Source of the DNA: Alphaproteobacteria bacterium
GTDB taxonomy: Bacteria; Pseudomonadota; Alphaproteobacteria; SHVV01
Reading direction: 5' to 3'
DNA: 64,000 nucleotides
NCBI GenBank assembly: GCA_965261735.1
Contig: OZ253470.1
Span: 3,040,001 to 3,104,000, forward strand
Shown here: in pieces, positions 31,411 through 40,999 of the stretch
How positions within the stretch are numbered: position 1 is the stretch's first letter
How the letters are laid out: the number at the start of each line of letters is the position of its first letter
The notes under the pieces: generated by a model
Database searches by the model: none
Seen by the model: the letters and a program-made list of their open reading frames with translations, nothing else
What the model was told of the DNA's origin: nothing
Made by a program: the position numbers and the translations under genes

Positions 31411-31582
31411 AAACCAATTGCTATTCGGGTGCGTTCCACTCCGGGGGAGCGGCGTATGCCACGCTCGGACCCGTTCCAGCTATATTGCCTGTCCTCCGTC
31501 CGCTGAACCACCCGCCGGCGCACTCAGTATAGATCACCGGTTTTACTTGAGGTCAATGAGTGGATATTGGGGAGCGGCCACC

Positions 31583-32218
31583 ATGAGTGAGTTTAGACTT
31601 GCCGCGCTGTTGTGCTCGCGGCTGTGTCACGATGTGATCGGACCCATCGGGGCCATCAACAACGGCCTTGAAATCCTGTCCGACGACAACGACGCCACTC
31701 TTCGCGAGCAAACGCTCGACCTGATCGCGTTCAGCGCCGCCGAGGCATCTACTCGCGTTCAGTTCTACCGCTGGGCGTTTGGCAGCGCCGGCTCGGTGGC
31801 ACCGACCCTCGACGCCGCCAAGCGGATTATGCGGGCGATGGTCGAGGCCGGCAAGATCGAGCTCGACTGGCCGGACGATGGCCCCGAGATGAGAATGACC
31901 CATCTACAATTACTCTTAAACATCATAGTGTTAGCTTCGGAAGCGCTGCCTCGCGGCGGCTCGATCGCGGTACGGCCTACCGTGGTCGACGAGGGCTTTC
32001 GGATCCGAGTTGTCGCCGCCGGCAGGAACGCCGGCCTCGCCGATGCCTTCGAGCTCGCGCTGGGCGGCGAGGTTGAGGGCCGCGAGCTCGATGCCCGCAC
32101 CGTCCAGGCCCACCTGACGGCCCACCTCGCGATCGACCTCGGCGGCGAGGTCGGCCTCGTCGCGGCCGAGGCCGGGCAAGTCGCCATCGAGGCGCGCGTG
32201 CCCGCGGTGGCGCCGTAA
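31583..32218 (+). CDS. chpT: Histidine phosphotransferase ChpT
   Basis: LAALLCSRLCHD..GPIGAINNGLE and ALPRGG; upstream of cheA. Confidence 0.9.
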   Translation: MSEFRLAALLCSRLCHDVIGPIGAINNGLEILSDDNDATLREQTLDLIAFSAAEASTRVQFYRWAFGSAGSVAPTLDAAKRIMRAMVEAGKIELDWPDDGPEMRMTHLQLLLNIIVLASEALPRGGSIAVRPTVVDEGFRIRVVAAGRNAGLADAFELALGGEVEGRELDARTVQAHLTAHLAIDLGGEVGLVAAEAGQVAIEARVPAVAP

Positions 32219-32253
32219 GCACATGGCGATTAAAGCGAAATTGTAAGTATTAC

Positions 32254-32268
32254 TTTACGCGTTCTTAA
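32254..32268. promoter_or_regulatory. Near-consensus CtrA box upstream of cheA
   Basis: TTTA-CGCGTTC-TTAA in an AT-rich intergenic region. Confidence 0.5.
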
Positions 32269-32368
32269 ACTGTTTCCGCCATTTTCTTGGCCGAAGCGGT
32301 GGGCGGCGCCGCGAGCCGTAAAAGCCACCGCAAACCCGGGCCTGGCTCGCAGCAAGAAGGTGGCGATC

Positions 32369-35110
32369 GTGGACGAACTTCTTACCGAATTCCTGACCGA
32401 AACCAACGAGAGTATCGACGTGCTCGACGTGGAGTTGGTCAGGCTCGAGCAGGACCCCAACAGCCCGAAGCTGCTGGACAACATTTTTCGGCTCGTTCAC
32501 ACGATCAAGGGAACTTGCGGCTTTCTCGGCCTGCCACGGCTGGAGCGCGTCGCCCACGCCTCCGAGAACGTCCTCGGCAAGGTCCGCGACAATGAGATCG
32601 AGGTAACACCCGAGGCGGTGACCCTGATTCTAAAGGCCATCGACCGCATCAAGGAAATCATCGCGTTTCTCGAGGCGAGCCAAGCCGAGCCGGAGGGCGA
32701 TGATTCGGATATCACGGAACGGCTCAATGCCTTCGCGGAAGCTGGAGCTCCGCCGGCCCCCGAAGCCGCCGCGCCGGACTTCGACGACGCCCCCGAGGCG
32801 CCCGTCGCTGCTGCGGCCGACGTCGCGACGACCGCGGCCGACGACGAGCCCGATGCCGCCGGCACGAGCGTTCGCGAGGACGAGCTGGAGGCAGCCTTTC
32901 GTACCGCCGAGGGGCCGGTCAATCGGGCCGTGGCCCGCGCCGAGCGCGACGGCGGCGCGAGGCCCGAGCAGGAGCCTGCCGAGTCGCCGTCAAACGCGGC
33001 GGCGGCGCCGGCGCCGGCCAGCTCCGGCAAGCCCGAGCCCGGCGAGTCCTCGGTCGCCAACCAGTCAATCCGTGTCAGCGTCGACCTGCTCGAAAACCTG
33101 ATGACGATGGTCAGCGAGCTGGTGCTCACGCGCAACCAGCTGCTGCAAATGGTTCGGGGCCTCAACGACAACGACTTCGCGGTGCCGCTCCAGCGCCTCA
33201 GCCATGTCACGACCGATCTGCAGGAAGGCGTCATGAAGACGCGCATGCAGCCGATCGGGAACGCGTGGGCCAAGCTGCCCCGCATTATTCGTGACCTCGC
33301 CGTGGAGCTCGGCAAGAAGATCGACCTCGACATGCGCGGCGCCGACACCGAGCTCGATCGTCAGGTCCTCGAGATGATCAAGGACCCGCTCACCCACATG
33401 GTGCGCAACGCCGCCGATCACGGCCTCGAAGACCCGAATACCCGCCTGCAGCTGGGGAAGCCGGAGACCGGCCGCATCACGTTGAAGGCCTTTCACGAAG
33501 GCGGCCACATCATTATCGAGATCGGTGACGATGGGCGCGGCCTGGCCGTCGACGCGATCAGCAAGAAGGTGATCGCCAACGGCCTCGCGACCGAGGCCGA
33601 AGTCCAGGGCATGACGGACCAGCAGATATTGCAGTTCATCTTCCGGGCGGGTTTTTCCACCGCGGCCCAGGTCACGAGCGTGTCGGGCCGCGGCGTCGGC
33701 ATGGACGTCGTCAGGACCAACATCGAGCGTATCGGCGGCACGGTCGAGCTCAAGTCGAAGGAGGGCAAGGGCACCTCGTTCACGATCAAGATCCCGTTGA
33801 CGCTGGCGATCGTCTCGGCGCTCATCGTCGCCTGCGGCGGCGAGCGCTTCGCGATACCACAGCTCAGTGTCGTCGAGCTCGTCGGCGTGTCGACCGACGG
33901 CGACCACCGCATCGAGACGATCAACGAGACGCCCGTGTTCCGGCTGCGCGAGCGACTGCTGCCGTTGGTTTACCTGCGTCAGGTGCTGAACATGCCGGTC
34001 GAGGCGTCCGCGGGCAGCGAAGCGTCGGCAGAGGCCTTTATCGTCGTCAGCCAAGTCGGCGCTCACACGTTCGGCATCGTCGTCGACCGCGTCTTCGACA
34101 CCGAGGAGATCGTGGTCAAACCGGCGGCACCGCTGCTGCGCCACCTCAACATCTATTCCGGTAACACCATTCTCGGCGACGGCAGCGTCATCATGATCCT
34201 CGACCCCAACGGGATCGCCGCATCCGTCGGCGAAGCCAGCGTCTCCGAAACCGACGCGGCGGCGGAAGTCGCCAAGCGCAGCGACGTTGGGGACGACAAG
34301 GTGGCGCTCCTGCTCTTCCGCGCCGGCGGCGAGGAGCCCAAGGCAGTGCCGCTCGCCCTGATCGCGCGCCTCGAGGAGATCCCGGTGAGCGACATCGAGG
34401 TCGCGAACGGCTCCATCGTCGTGCAATACCGCGGCCGGCTGATGCCCCTGATCAAGCTCGAGGAGGGGTGTGCGCTCAAGGAGAACGGACGCCAGCCGGT
34501 TCTCGTGTTCGCCGACCACGGCCGCTCGATGGGGTTGCTCGTGGACGAGATCACCGACATCGTCGAGGAGCACCTCGAGGTCGAGCTCTCGGCGAAGCGC
34601 GACGGTCTCATCGGCACCGCCGTCCTCAACGGCGAGGCGACGGCGATCATCGACACCACCCGCTATCTGACCACGGCCTTCGAGGACTGGTTCCAGAGCG
34701 GCGGCGCGAGCAACGGCGGCACAGCTACGGGCAAGCGCGTCCTGCTGGTCGATGACAGCACCTTCTTCCTCAACCTGATCGCGCCGGTGCTGACCACGGC
34801 CGGGTACGACGTCAAGACCGCTTACGACGCGGACACGGCCCTGGAGCTGCGCGACGGAGGCGAGGATTTCGACGTCATCGTCAGCGACATCGAGATGCCC
34901 GGCATGGACGGGTTCGAGTTCGCCGAAACGATCAAGAAGGGACCCCGGTGGCAGAACACGCCCATCGTGGCGCTTTCCTCCCGCTCCGAGGTGGCGCACC
35001 TCGACCGCGGGCGCGAGGCCGGTTTCATCGATTACATAGCGAAATTTGATCGCGACGCCCTGTTGGCCGCGCTCTCGCAGACATTGTCGATAAATGGGGA
35101 CGCAGCATGA
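32369..35110 (+). CDS. cheA: Hybrid chemotaxis kinase CheA (two CheW domains plus receiver)
   Basis: FRLVHTIKG HPt motif, HMVRNAADHG, SGRGVGMDVV and a C-terminal REC domain. Confidence 0.95.
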   Translation: MDELLTEFLTETNESIDVLDVELVRLEQDPNSPKLLDNIFRLVHTIKGTCGFLGLPRLERVAHASENVLGKVRDNEIEVTPEAVTLILKAIDRIKEIIAFLEASQAEPEGDDSDITERLNAFAEAGAPPAPEAAAPDFDDAPEAPVAAAADVATTAADDEPDAAGTSVREDELEAAFRTAEGPVNRAVARAERDGGARPEQEPAESPSNAAAAPAPASSGKPEPGESSVANQSIRVSVDLLENLMTMVSELVLTRNQLLQMVRGLNDNDFAVPLQRLSHVTTDLQEGVMKTRMQPIGNAWAKLPRIIRDLAVELGKKIDLDMRGADTELDRQVLEMIKDPLTHMVRNAADHGLEDPNTRLQLGKPETGRITLKAFHEGGHIIIEIGDDGRGLAVDAISKKVIANGLATEAEVQGMTDQQILQFIFRAGFSTAAQVTSVSGRGVGMDVVRTNIERIGGTVELKSKEGKGTSFTIKIPLTLAIVSALIVACGGERFAIPQLSVVELVGVSTDGDHRIETINETPVFRLRERLLPLVYLRQVLNMPVEASAGSEASAEAFIVVSQVGAHTFGIVVDRVFDTEEIVVKPAAPLLRHLNIYSGNTILGDGSVIMILDPNGIAASVGEASVSETDAAAEVAKRSDVGDDKVALLLFRAGGEEPKAVPLALIARLEEIPVSDIEVANGSIVVQYRGRLMPLIKLEEGCALKENGRQPVLVFADHGRSMGLLVDEITDIVEEHLEVELSAKRDGLIGTAVLNGEATAIIDTTRYLTTAFEDWFQSGGASNGGTATGKRVLLVDDSTFFLNLIAPVLTTAGYDVKTAYDADTALELRDGGEDFDVIVSDIEMPGMDGFEFAETIKKGPRWQNTPIVALSSRSEVAHLDRGREAGFIDYIAKFDRDALLAALSQTLSINGDAA

Positions 35111-35445
35111 CTGAAATGGCGACGAAGGCGGCCGAGAAGGCCAATGGCGCCGCACGCCCCGACGGCGACGGCGAGCAGTACATCACGATGACGATCGCCG
35201 AGCAGCTGTTCGGTATTCCGGTGCTGGTCGTACACGATGTCCTCGCCCCGCAGAGCACCACGCCAATACCCCTGGCCCCGCCGCAGGTTGCCGGCGCCCT
35301 CGGCTGGCAGCCCCGGGTAGGGATCGTCGAGGGCGTGCGCACGATGCTCGACAACATCGACTATTGGCGCGACGCCCCGGTGTGGACGCCGGAAAACATC
35401 GAAGCCGCGACCAGGGACTGGTTTACCTACCTCGCCAGCGACTGA
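35107..35445 (+). pseudogene. cheW: cheW 5' fragment fused in frame to the 3' end of an NAD-dependent epimerase/dehydratase
   Basis: EQYITM..AEQLFGIPV..V.DVL...TPIPLAPPQVAGAL switches near 35300 to LGWQPRV...EGV..ML.NIDYWRDAPVW. Confidence 0.8.
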
Positions 35446-35614
35446 GAGGCGCCTAGGATCGCACGCCTCAGTCCTCATCCGCGATCGGCGGCACGTCGAT
35501 ATCCGCCGGCGCCTTGCCGGTCGCGCACCTCTCCCCCATGAACTCAAAGCCGCGCTCGATGTGGTGAAATTCGTTTCTGTCTGGGCCATGGCGGGTAGGG
35601 CCCTCATTAGCAGG

Positions 35615-35681
35615 GGCGTGGTTAAGGGCGCGTACAGAGGCGTGGTTAAGGGCGCGTACAGAGGCGTGGTTAAGGACGCGT
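35615..35681. repeat. 24-bp tandem repeat (about 2.8 copies) with GGTTAA half-sites
   Basis: GGCGTGGTTAAGGGCGCGTACAGA twice, then GGCGTGGTTAAGGACGCGT. Confidence 0.85.
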
Positions 35682-35782
35682 TGAGGCCATGGCGGGGGCG
35701 CCGAGAATCGGTTTGCCCTGATGTCGGTGTGGCCTATAGTGCCGCGCGATTCGCCACGACTGACCCCAGGGAGCAGGCGGGC

Positions 35783-36925
35783 ATGACCCTGGATCGGGGT
35801 GCAAGCCGCATCGTAGTCGCCATGTCGGGGGGCGTCGATTCGTCCGTCGTCGCCGCGCTGCTCAAGGAGCGCGGGCACGAGGTCATTGGCGTCACCCTGC
35901 AGCTCTACGATCACGGTGCGGCGACGCGCGCGAGCCGGACATGCTGCGCCGGCCAGGACATCCACGACGCCCGGCGTGTCGCCGAGGCATTGGACATTCC
36001 GCACTACGTGCTCAACTACGAGCGCAGGTTCGCGGACTCCGTCATCGCCCCCTTCGCCGACAGCTATCGCCGCGGCGAGACGCCGATCCCGTGCGCGATG
36101 TGCAATCAGACGGTGAAGTTCCGCGACCTGATGAAGACGGCACGCGATCTCGGTGCCGACGCCATGGCGACCGGCCACTACGTGCGCCGCGCCGATGGGC
36201 CGGGCGAGCCCCGGCTGTTGCGGGCCATCGCTGAGGGCCGCGATCAGAGCTATTTTCTGTTCACGACGACGCCGGCGCAGCTCGCGTTCCTGCGCTTCCC
36301 GCTCGGCGCCATGGACAAGAATGAGACCCGCGCGCTGGCGCGGCGCTATGCCTTGCCCGTGGCCGAGAAGCCGGATAGCCAGGACATCTGCTTCGTGCCC
36401 GACCGCGACTATGCCGGCGCCATCGAGCGCCTGCGCCCGGGCGCCGCCGAGCCCGGCGATATCGTCGACACCGAGGGCTACGTGCGCGGCCGCCACGAGG
36501 GCGTCGTCCACTTCACGGTCGGCCAGCGCCGCGGGCTCGGCATCGGCGGCGGCGGCGCGCCGCTCTACGTCGTCGCGATCGATGCTGTTCGCCGCCGCGT
36601 CGTGGTCGGACCCAAGGCGGCCCTCGGGCGGACGCTCGTCAGGTTACGCGAGGTCAACTGGCTCGCGGCGGACGGACGGGAAGCCGCCGAAGCGGGCGGC
36701 GTGTCGGCTAGCGTCAAGCTGCGCTCGCGCGATGAAGGCCGCGCGGCCACCATCCGTATCAAGCAGGATGGCGCCTGCGAGGTCGAGCTGGCCGCGCCGG
36801 CCGAGGGCGTGGCGCCCGGTCAGGCTTGCGTCTTTTACGATGGCGAACGGCTCCTCGGCGGCGGCTGGATCGCGGCCGCGAACGCGCCGCGCCAGGACCT
36901 GCGCGCCGCCGGCTACGCCGCTTGA
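35783..36925 (+). CDS. mnmA: tRNA 2-thiouridylase MnmA
   Basis: AMSGGVDSS, TPIPCAMCN, ATGHY, DQSYFL, DSQDICF, TVGQRRGLG and APGQ motifs. Confidence 0.96.
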   Translation: MTLDRGASRIVVAMSGGVDSSVVAALLKERGHEVIGVTLQLYDHGAATRASRTCCAGQDIHDARRVAEALDIPHYVLNYERRFADSVIAPFADSYRRGETPIPCAMCNQTVKFRDLMKTARDLGADAMATGHYVRRADGPGEPRLLRAIAEGRDQSYFLFTTTPAQLAFLRFPLGAMDKNETRALARRYALPVAEKPDSQDICFVPDRDYAGAIERLRPGAAEPGDIVDTEGYVRGRHEGVVHFTVGQRRGLGIGGGGAPLYVVAIDAVRRRVVVGPKAALGRTLVRLREVNWLAADGREAAEAGGVSASVKLRSRDEGRAATIRIKQDGACEVELAAPAEGVAPGQACVFYDGERLLGGGWIAAANAPRQDLRAAGYAA

Positions 36926-36950
36926 CAGTCCCATTGGCCCGACCTATACG
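36922..36950 (+). promoter_or_regulatory. Putative sigma70 promoter of tRNA-Met
   Basis: TTGACA-N17-TATACG; the -35 contains the mnmA stop. Confidence 0.55.
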
Positions 36951-36967
36951 CGCGCAAGCCACCGTGG

Positions 36968-37044
36968 GGCGGAGTAGCTCAGCTGGTTAGAGCAGCGGAA
37001 TCATAATCCGCGTGTCGGGGGTTCGAGTCCCTCCTCCGCTACCA
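36968..37044 (+). tRNA. tRNA-Met(CAT), probably elongator
   Basis: GGCGGAG/CTCCGCT acceptor stem, CAT anticodon within GCGGA-ATCATAA-TCCGC, GGTTCGAGTCC T arm, CCA; lacks the initiator 3GC anticodon stem. Confidence 0.93.
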
Positions 37045-37052
37045 GCATAAGT

Positions 37053-37084
37053 CCCTGATATCCTTTGGATATCGGGGCTCTTTC
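37053..37084 (+). terminator. Hairpin terminator after tRNA-Met
   Basis: CCCTGATATCC-TTT-GGATATCGGGG followed by CTCTTTT. Confidence 0.55.
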
Positions 37085-37354
37085 TGTAATGCGTTAGGCA
37101 GGCCTTTTTGGAACTGCGTGTACTCTGCGTCGAACAATCTCCGCGAGCGAGCGGAGCGCCGTGACGTCCACGCCGGCCTTATGGTAGTGTGGGCCGCGAT
37201 CTCGGTATCCGGCCGGCCGTCGACCTCGCGACGCATCTGGTTCCGCAGCCTGCACGCCGTCTGATGATCGCGCACAGGATGAGCGACCAGCGACTCCTCG
37301 ATCAGGACGATGACGACGGCTGGTTAGCCTAGCGCCGGCGCGGGGCCCTGGCAG

Positions 37355-37750
37355 ATGTATCATCACGTCGTTTTGTTTCGCTATGAGCGGGATGTCGGCG
37401 AAGACGTCCACCGTCGCATCCACGACTACGCCGTGCGCATTCGCTCGAGCCTCGGCGGAATCGTCAACTACGCTTATTGCCGCAATCTCAATAGCAAATC
37501 AGCGGACTATCCCTACGCTATTATTGCCGCATTTGAATCCGTCGAGGCATTTGCTGCCTACGCCGAAGCCCCACTGCATCAACAGTTGGTCGATTTTTCG
37601 ATGCAATACATCAGCGCTATCGTAATTCACGACTTCGAATCGGCCGCGGTACCGGTTGGTAGCGAGGAAGGCGACGAAACCTGGCGAGCTACCCGCAACC
37701 GCCTCAAAGCGCTGATGTCGACTGAGTCGTATGAAAGTTACTACCAATAA
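37355..37750 (+). CDS. Dabb (stress-responsive A/B barrel) family protein
   Basis: HHVVLFRY ... AFESVEAFAAYAEAPLHQ ... IHDFE; visibly lower GC than the flanks. Confidence 0.75.
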   Translation: MYHHVVLFRYERDVGEDVHRRIHDYAVRIRSSLGGIVNYAYCRNLNSKSADYPYAIIAAFESVEAFAAYAEAPLHQQLVDFSMQYISAIVIHDFESAAVPVGSEEGDETWRATRNRLKALMSTESYESYYQ

Positions 37751-38144
37751 GTTTGCTCGGCCACGGCCGCTCCGCTTCCTCGCTCCCTTCCTGATCCCGG
37801 CCGGCCTTTCGCTCCACCTAACCGCCCTGACCGCCATCGGGTCGCGCTAGCTGTAATAGGGCTAGCGCTGCCACGCCGCCTGAACGCTTCGGCTGTGCCG
37901 GCCTCCGCGAAGTAGAACCGGGCCAGGTGGCTTGGCGGCAATGCCGGTGATGCGCCCCGTCACCGGGCTCCAAGCTCTCCCCACACCAGTCGAGCATGGC
38001 GCCGAGACGACGACTCAGACCGTGTCGCAGCGTAGACTTTCGCGGAACGTGCCATCGTGGGTACACGGGCCCACCACGACTTAACGTCCTGAAATCTGGT
38101 CAGTTTTCACCAAAATGGACGTTGATGGAAACAGACCAGCGTGT

Positions 38145-38181
38145 AATCATAATCCGCGTGTCGGGGGTTCGCGTCCCTCCT
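38145..38181 (+). repeat. attR-like copy of the tRNA-Met 3' half
   Basis: 36/37 identity to 36999-37035. Confidence 0.85.
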
Positions 38182-38266
38182 ACCGACAATATCAAGGCTT
38201 AACTTCATACGGTCGGGCGCTTCGCCGTTTTGGCGCGGGCGGGGCCGAGACTTGGAGGGGGCGGCG

Positions 38267-39064
38267 ATGACCGGACGGCTCGAGGGCAAGGTAGCGATTG
38301 TCACCGGTGCGGGATCGATCGGCGAGGGGTGGGGCAACGGCAAGGCGGCGGCGGTGCTGTTCGCGCGCGAGGGCGCCAAGGTTTTTCTCGTCGACATCGA
38401 CCCCGAGGCGCTGGCGGCGACGGCGGACATCATTGCGGGCGAGGGCTTGGGCTGCGCGAGCGGCACGGCCGACGTGTCCGAGGAGGGCGCGGTCGCTGGC
38501 CTGGTCGAGTCCTGCATGGCCGAGTTCGGGCGCGTCGACGTACTCCACAACAATGTCGGCATCTACACCTATGGCGGGCCCGTGGACGTCCCGACCGAGC
38601 GCTGGGACCGGATCATGGCGGTGAACGTGCGCAGCATGTTCCTGACCGCGAAGTACGCGCTGCCGATCATGGAGGCGCAGGGCGCGGGCGCCATCGTCAA
38701 CGTCTCCTCGGTCGCCGGCATCCGGGCCGGGCGTCCCGCCGTCGCCTACGGCGCCTCCAAGGGCGCGGTCAATCAGCTCACGCAGTACATCGCGGTCGAG
38801 TACGCCGCCAAGGGCATCCGCGCCAACGCCGTGCTGCCGGGGCTCATCAATACGCCGATGATCGTGCACGGCATGGACGGCGCGATCGAAGCGGCCGGCG
38901 GGACCGACGCCTGGATCCGCGCGCGCGATGCGCGCTCGCCGACCAAGAAGATGGGGGACGCCTGGGATATCGCCCATGCCGCGCTCTTCCTTGCATCCGA
39001 CGAGGCCAAGTACGTCAACGGCCACTGCCTGGTGGTCGACGGCGGCCTTTCGGCAACCTACTGA
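38267..39064 (+). CDS. SDR family oxidoreductase
   Basis: TGAGS..GWGNG, HNNVG, YGASK and VNGHCLVVDGG motifs. Confidence 0.92.
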   Translation: MTGRLEGKVAIVTGAGSIGEGWGNGKAAAVLFAREGAKVFLVDIDPEALAATADIIAGEGLGCASGTADVSEEGAVAGLVESCMAEFGRVDVLHNNVGIYTYGGPVDVPTERWDRIMAVNVRSMFLTAKYALPIMEAQGAGAIVNVSSVAGIRAGRPAVAYGASKGAVNQLTQYIAVEYAAKGIRANAVLPGLINTPMIVHGMDGAIEAAGGTDAWIRARDARSPTKKMGDAWDIAHAALFLASDEAKYVNGHCLVVDGGLSATY

Positions 39065-39090
39065 CACGGCGCACGCACCGGGCAACCCAA

Positions 39091-40251
39091 ATGCGCATTG
39101 TCGACGTTCGCGAGCGCACCGTGCCCTTGCTGGCCGACCCGCCGCCAACCGGCGCCGGCGAGGTCACCGCGAGCGCGGTCGCCGTCCTCACCGACGTCGT
39201 GCGCGATGGCCGTCCTCTCGTCGGGTTCGGGTTCGATGGCGTCGGCCGTTTCGCCCACGGATCGCTCCTGATGGAGCGCCTGCGGCCGCGGCTGCTGGCC
39301 GCCGACCCAGCCTCGCTGATGGCGGCGGAGGGCACGAACCTCGACCCGGCGGCTGTGTGGGCCGTGGTCATGCGGGGCGAGAAGGGCGGGGCGCACGGCG
39401 AGCGCGCCGGTGCGGTCGGCCTGCTCGATACGGCGATCTGGGACCTCGTCGCCAAGATCGAGGACAAGCCCCTGTGGCGCGTCCTCGCCGAGAGATCCGG
39501 CCGGGCGCCCGAGTGCGCGCGCGTGTTCACCTATGCATCGCTCGGCAACTACGCCCCCGATGCCGGCCCCCGAGAGATAGGGGAGGCGGTGCAACGCGCC
39601 GTCGACGCCGGCTACACGCACGTCAAGATCAAGGCCGGCAGCGTCCCCCTGGCCGATGACCTGCGCCGGATCGAGGCCGCGCTTGCGCTCGTGCCTACGC
39701 GCGGCCGGGTCGCGGTCGACGCCAACGCGGGCTTCGATGCGCCGGCCGCGGAGGCCTTTCTCGACGCCGTCGCGCCCTACGGGCTGGCGTGGGTGGAGGA
39801 GCCCATCGATCCGCTCGACTTCGATCTTCAGGCGCGCCTCGTCGAGCGCTACGACGGCGCCATGGCCACGGGCGAGAGCCTACATTCGCTTGCCGATGCG
39901 ACGAACCTCGTCCGCTATGCCGGGCTGCGCCCTGAAGTGGACATCCTGCAGTTCGATATCGCGTTGAGCTACGGGCTGGTCGAGTACTTTCGCATTCTCG
40001 ACATGCTGGAGGACCACGGCTGGTCGCGGTCGCGGTGCCTACCCCACGCGGGGCACATGATGGCGCTTCATGCGGCGGGCGGGCTCGGCCTCCGCGGTCA
40101 CGAATCGGGCCTGCCGGGGCCGACCCTGTTCAGCGGTCTGCCCGAAGGCTGCCGGGTCGAGGACGGCTTCATCAACCTGCCCGAGGTGCCGGGCCTCGGC
40201 TTCGAGCTCAAGCCCAGGCTCCACGCGATCGCGCGCGAGCTAGCCGGCTGA
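39091..40251 (+). CDS. Mandelate racemase/enolase-superfamily enzyme (D-tartrate dehydratase-like)
   Basis: MRIVDVRE start, GAHGER, KIK, VDAN, EEP, TGES and PGLGFE motifs. Confidence 0.85.
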   Translation: MRIVDVRERTVPLLADPPPTGAGEVTASAVAVLTDVVRDGRPLVGFGFDGVGRFAHGSLLMERLRPRLLAADPASLMAAEGTNLDPAAVWAVVMRGEKGGAHGERAGAVGLLDTAIWDLVAKIEDKPLWRVLAERSGRAPECARVFTYASLGNYAPDAGPREIGEAVQRAVDAGYTHVKIKAGSVPLADDLRRIEAALALVPTRGRVAVDANAGFDAPAAEAFLDAVAPYGLAWVEEPIDPLDFDLQARLVERYDGAMATGESLHSLADATNLVRYAGLRPEVDILQFDIALSYGLVEYFRILDMLEDHGWSRSRCLPHAGHMMALHAAGGLGLRGHESGLPGPTLFSGLPEGCRVEDGFINLPEVPGLGFELKPRLHAIARELAG

Positions 40252-40271
40252 GGAGGTGCACACAGGGGCCC

Positions 40272-40709
40272 TCAGCGTAGCACGATCTTGGCTGTGGGGC
40301 GCACTGCGGCTCCCTCGACCTGCGAGCGTACCGCGGTGAGGTAGGTGAGCTGCGCCTGGATGTTGCCCATTCGCATGATGCGCCGGCGCTTGGCGACGAC
40401 GCCGATGATGCCCTGGCCGACCCCGACCTCGGCGCCGATTCCGGCATCTTCGTAGCCGCGGCTCGCCGCAAGCACCAGCTTCTCCCCGGCCACGTCGGCG
40501 AGCAGAATCATGCCGTGCTTGAAGCCCGGGGCCGCATCCATGGCCTTGAGCGTGATCTCGAGAATGGCGCCGAGATCGAGGGTCGCGTTGATCTCCGAGG
40601 AGACCTGCTGGATGATCCTGATCTCTTCGGTCTTGCGCGCGAGCTGGTCGCCCACGGCAGCTAGGTCGTCGGGCGTGCCGGAGGTCACGCGCTCGCCGTG
40701 GGCCGACAT
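40272..40709 (-). pseudogene. Truncated GAF-domain protein
   Basis: ASRGY...GIGAEV.VGQGIIG.VA; ORF stops within the GAF domain. Confidence 0.65.
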
Positions 40710-40745
40710 CAGAGCGGCTCGCAGCAGACCGGCGTGGCCTCGCGC

Positions 40746-40990
40746 TTAGCTCTCCGCACGGGCCTTGAGCCGGGTGACTGCGTGCGCCTGGTAGATGTCG
40801 GCGGCGCGCAGCTTGAAGACATCGATCATGCCGGTCATCGAGGCGATGGCTTCAAGTTTCATGTCCATTTCGTCAAACACCGGACCGTCGGTCTCCGAGC
40901 GATCGTATTGCAAATCGAGCGCCCAATGGTCGTTCGTCTCCGGGTGGCTGACGACGGCCGACACATAGGGATTCTCGCGCACGTTGCGAA
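40746..40990 (-). pseudogene. C-terminal fragment of a pyridoxamine-phosphate-oxidase-like protein
   Basis: NVRENP.....HPET....L.LQY.RSETDGPVFD.M..KLEAIASMTGM..VFKLRAADIY; 5' part missing. Confidence 0.6.
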
Positions 40991-40999
40991 TGGTCTTGC

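Noticed and set aside
35615-35681. CRISPR array
   Set aside because: Repeats are contiguous with no spacers, and no cas genes are present
37818-38066. Intact integrase of the tRNA-Met island
   Set aside because: Only a 4-residue TLRH similarity; too short to call a gene
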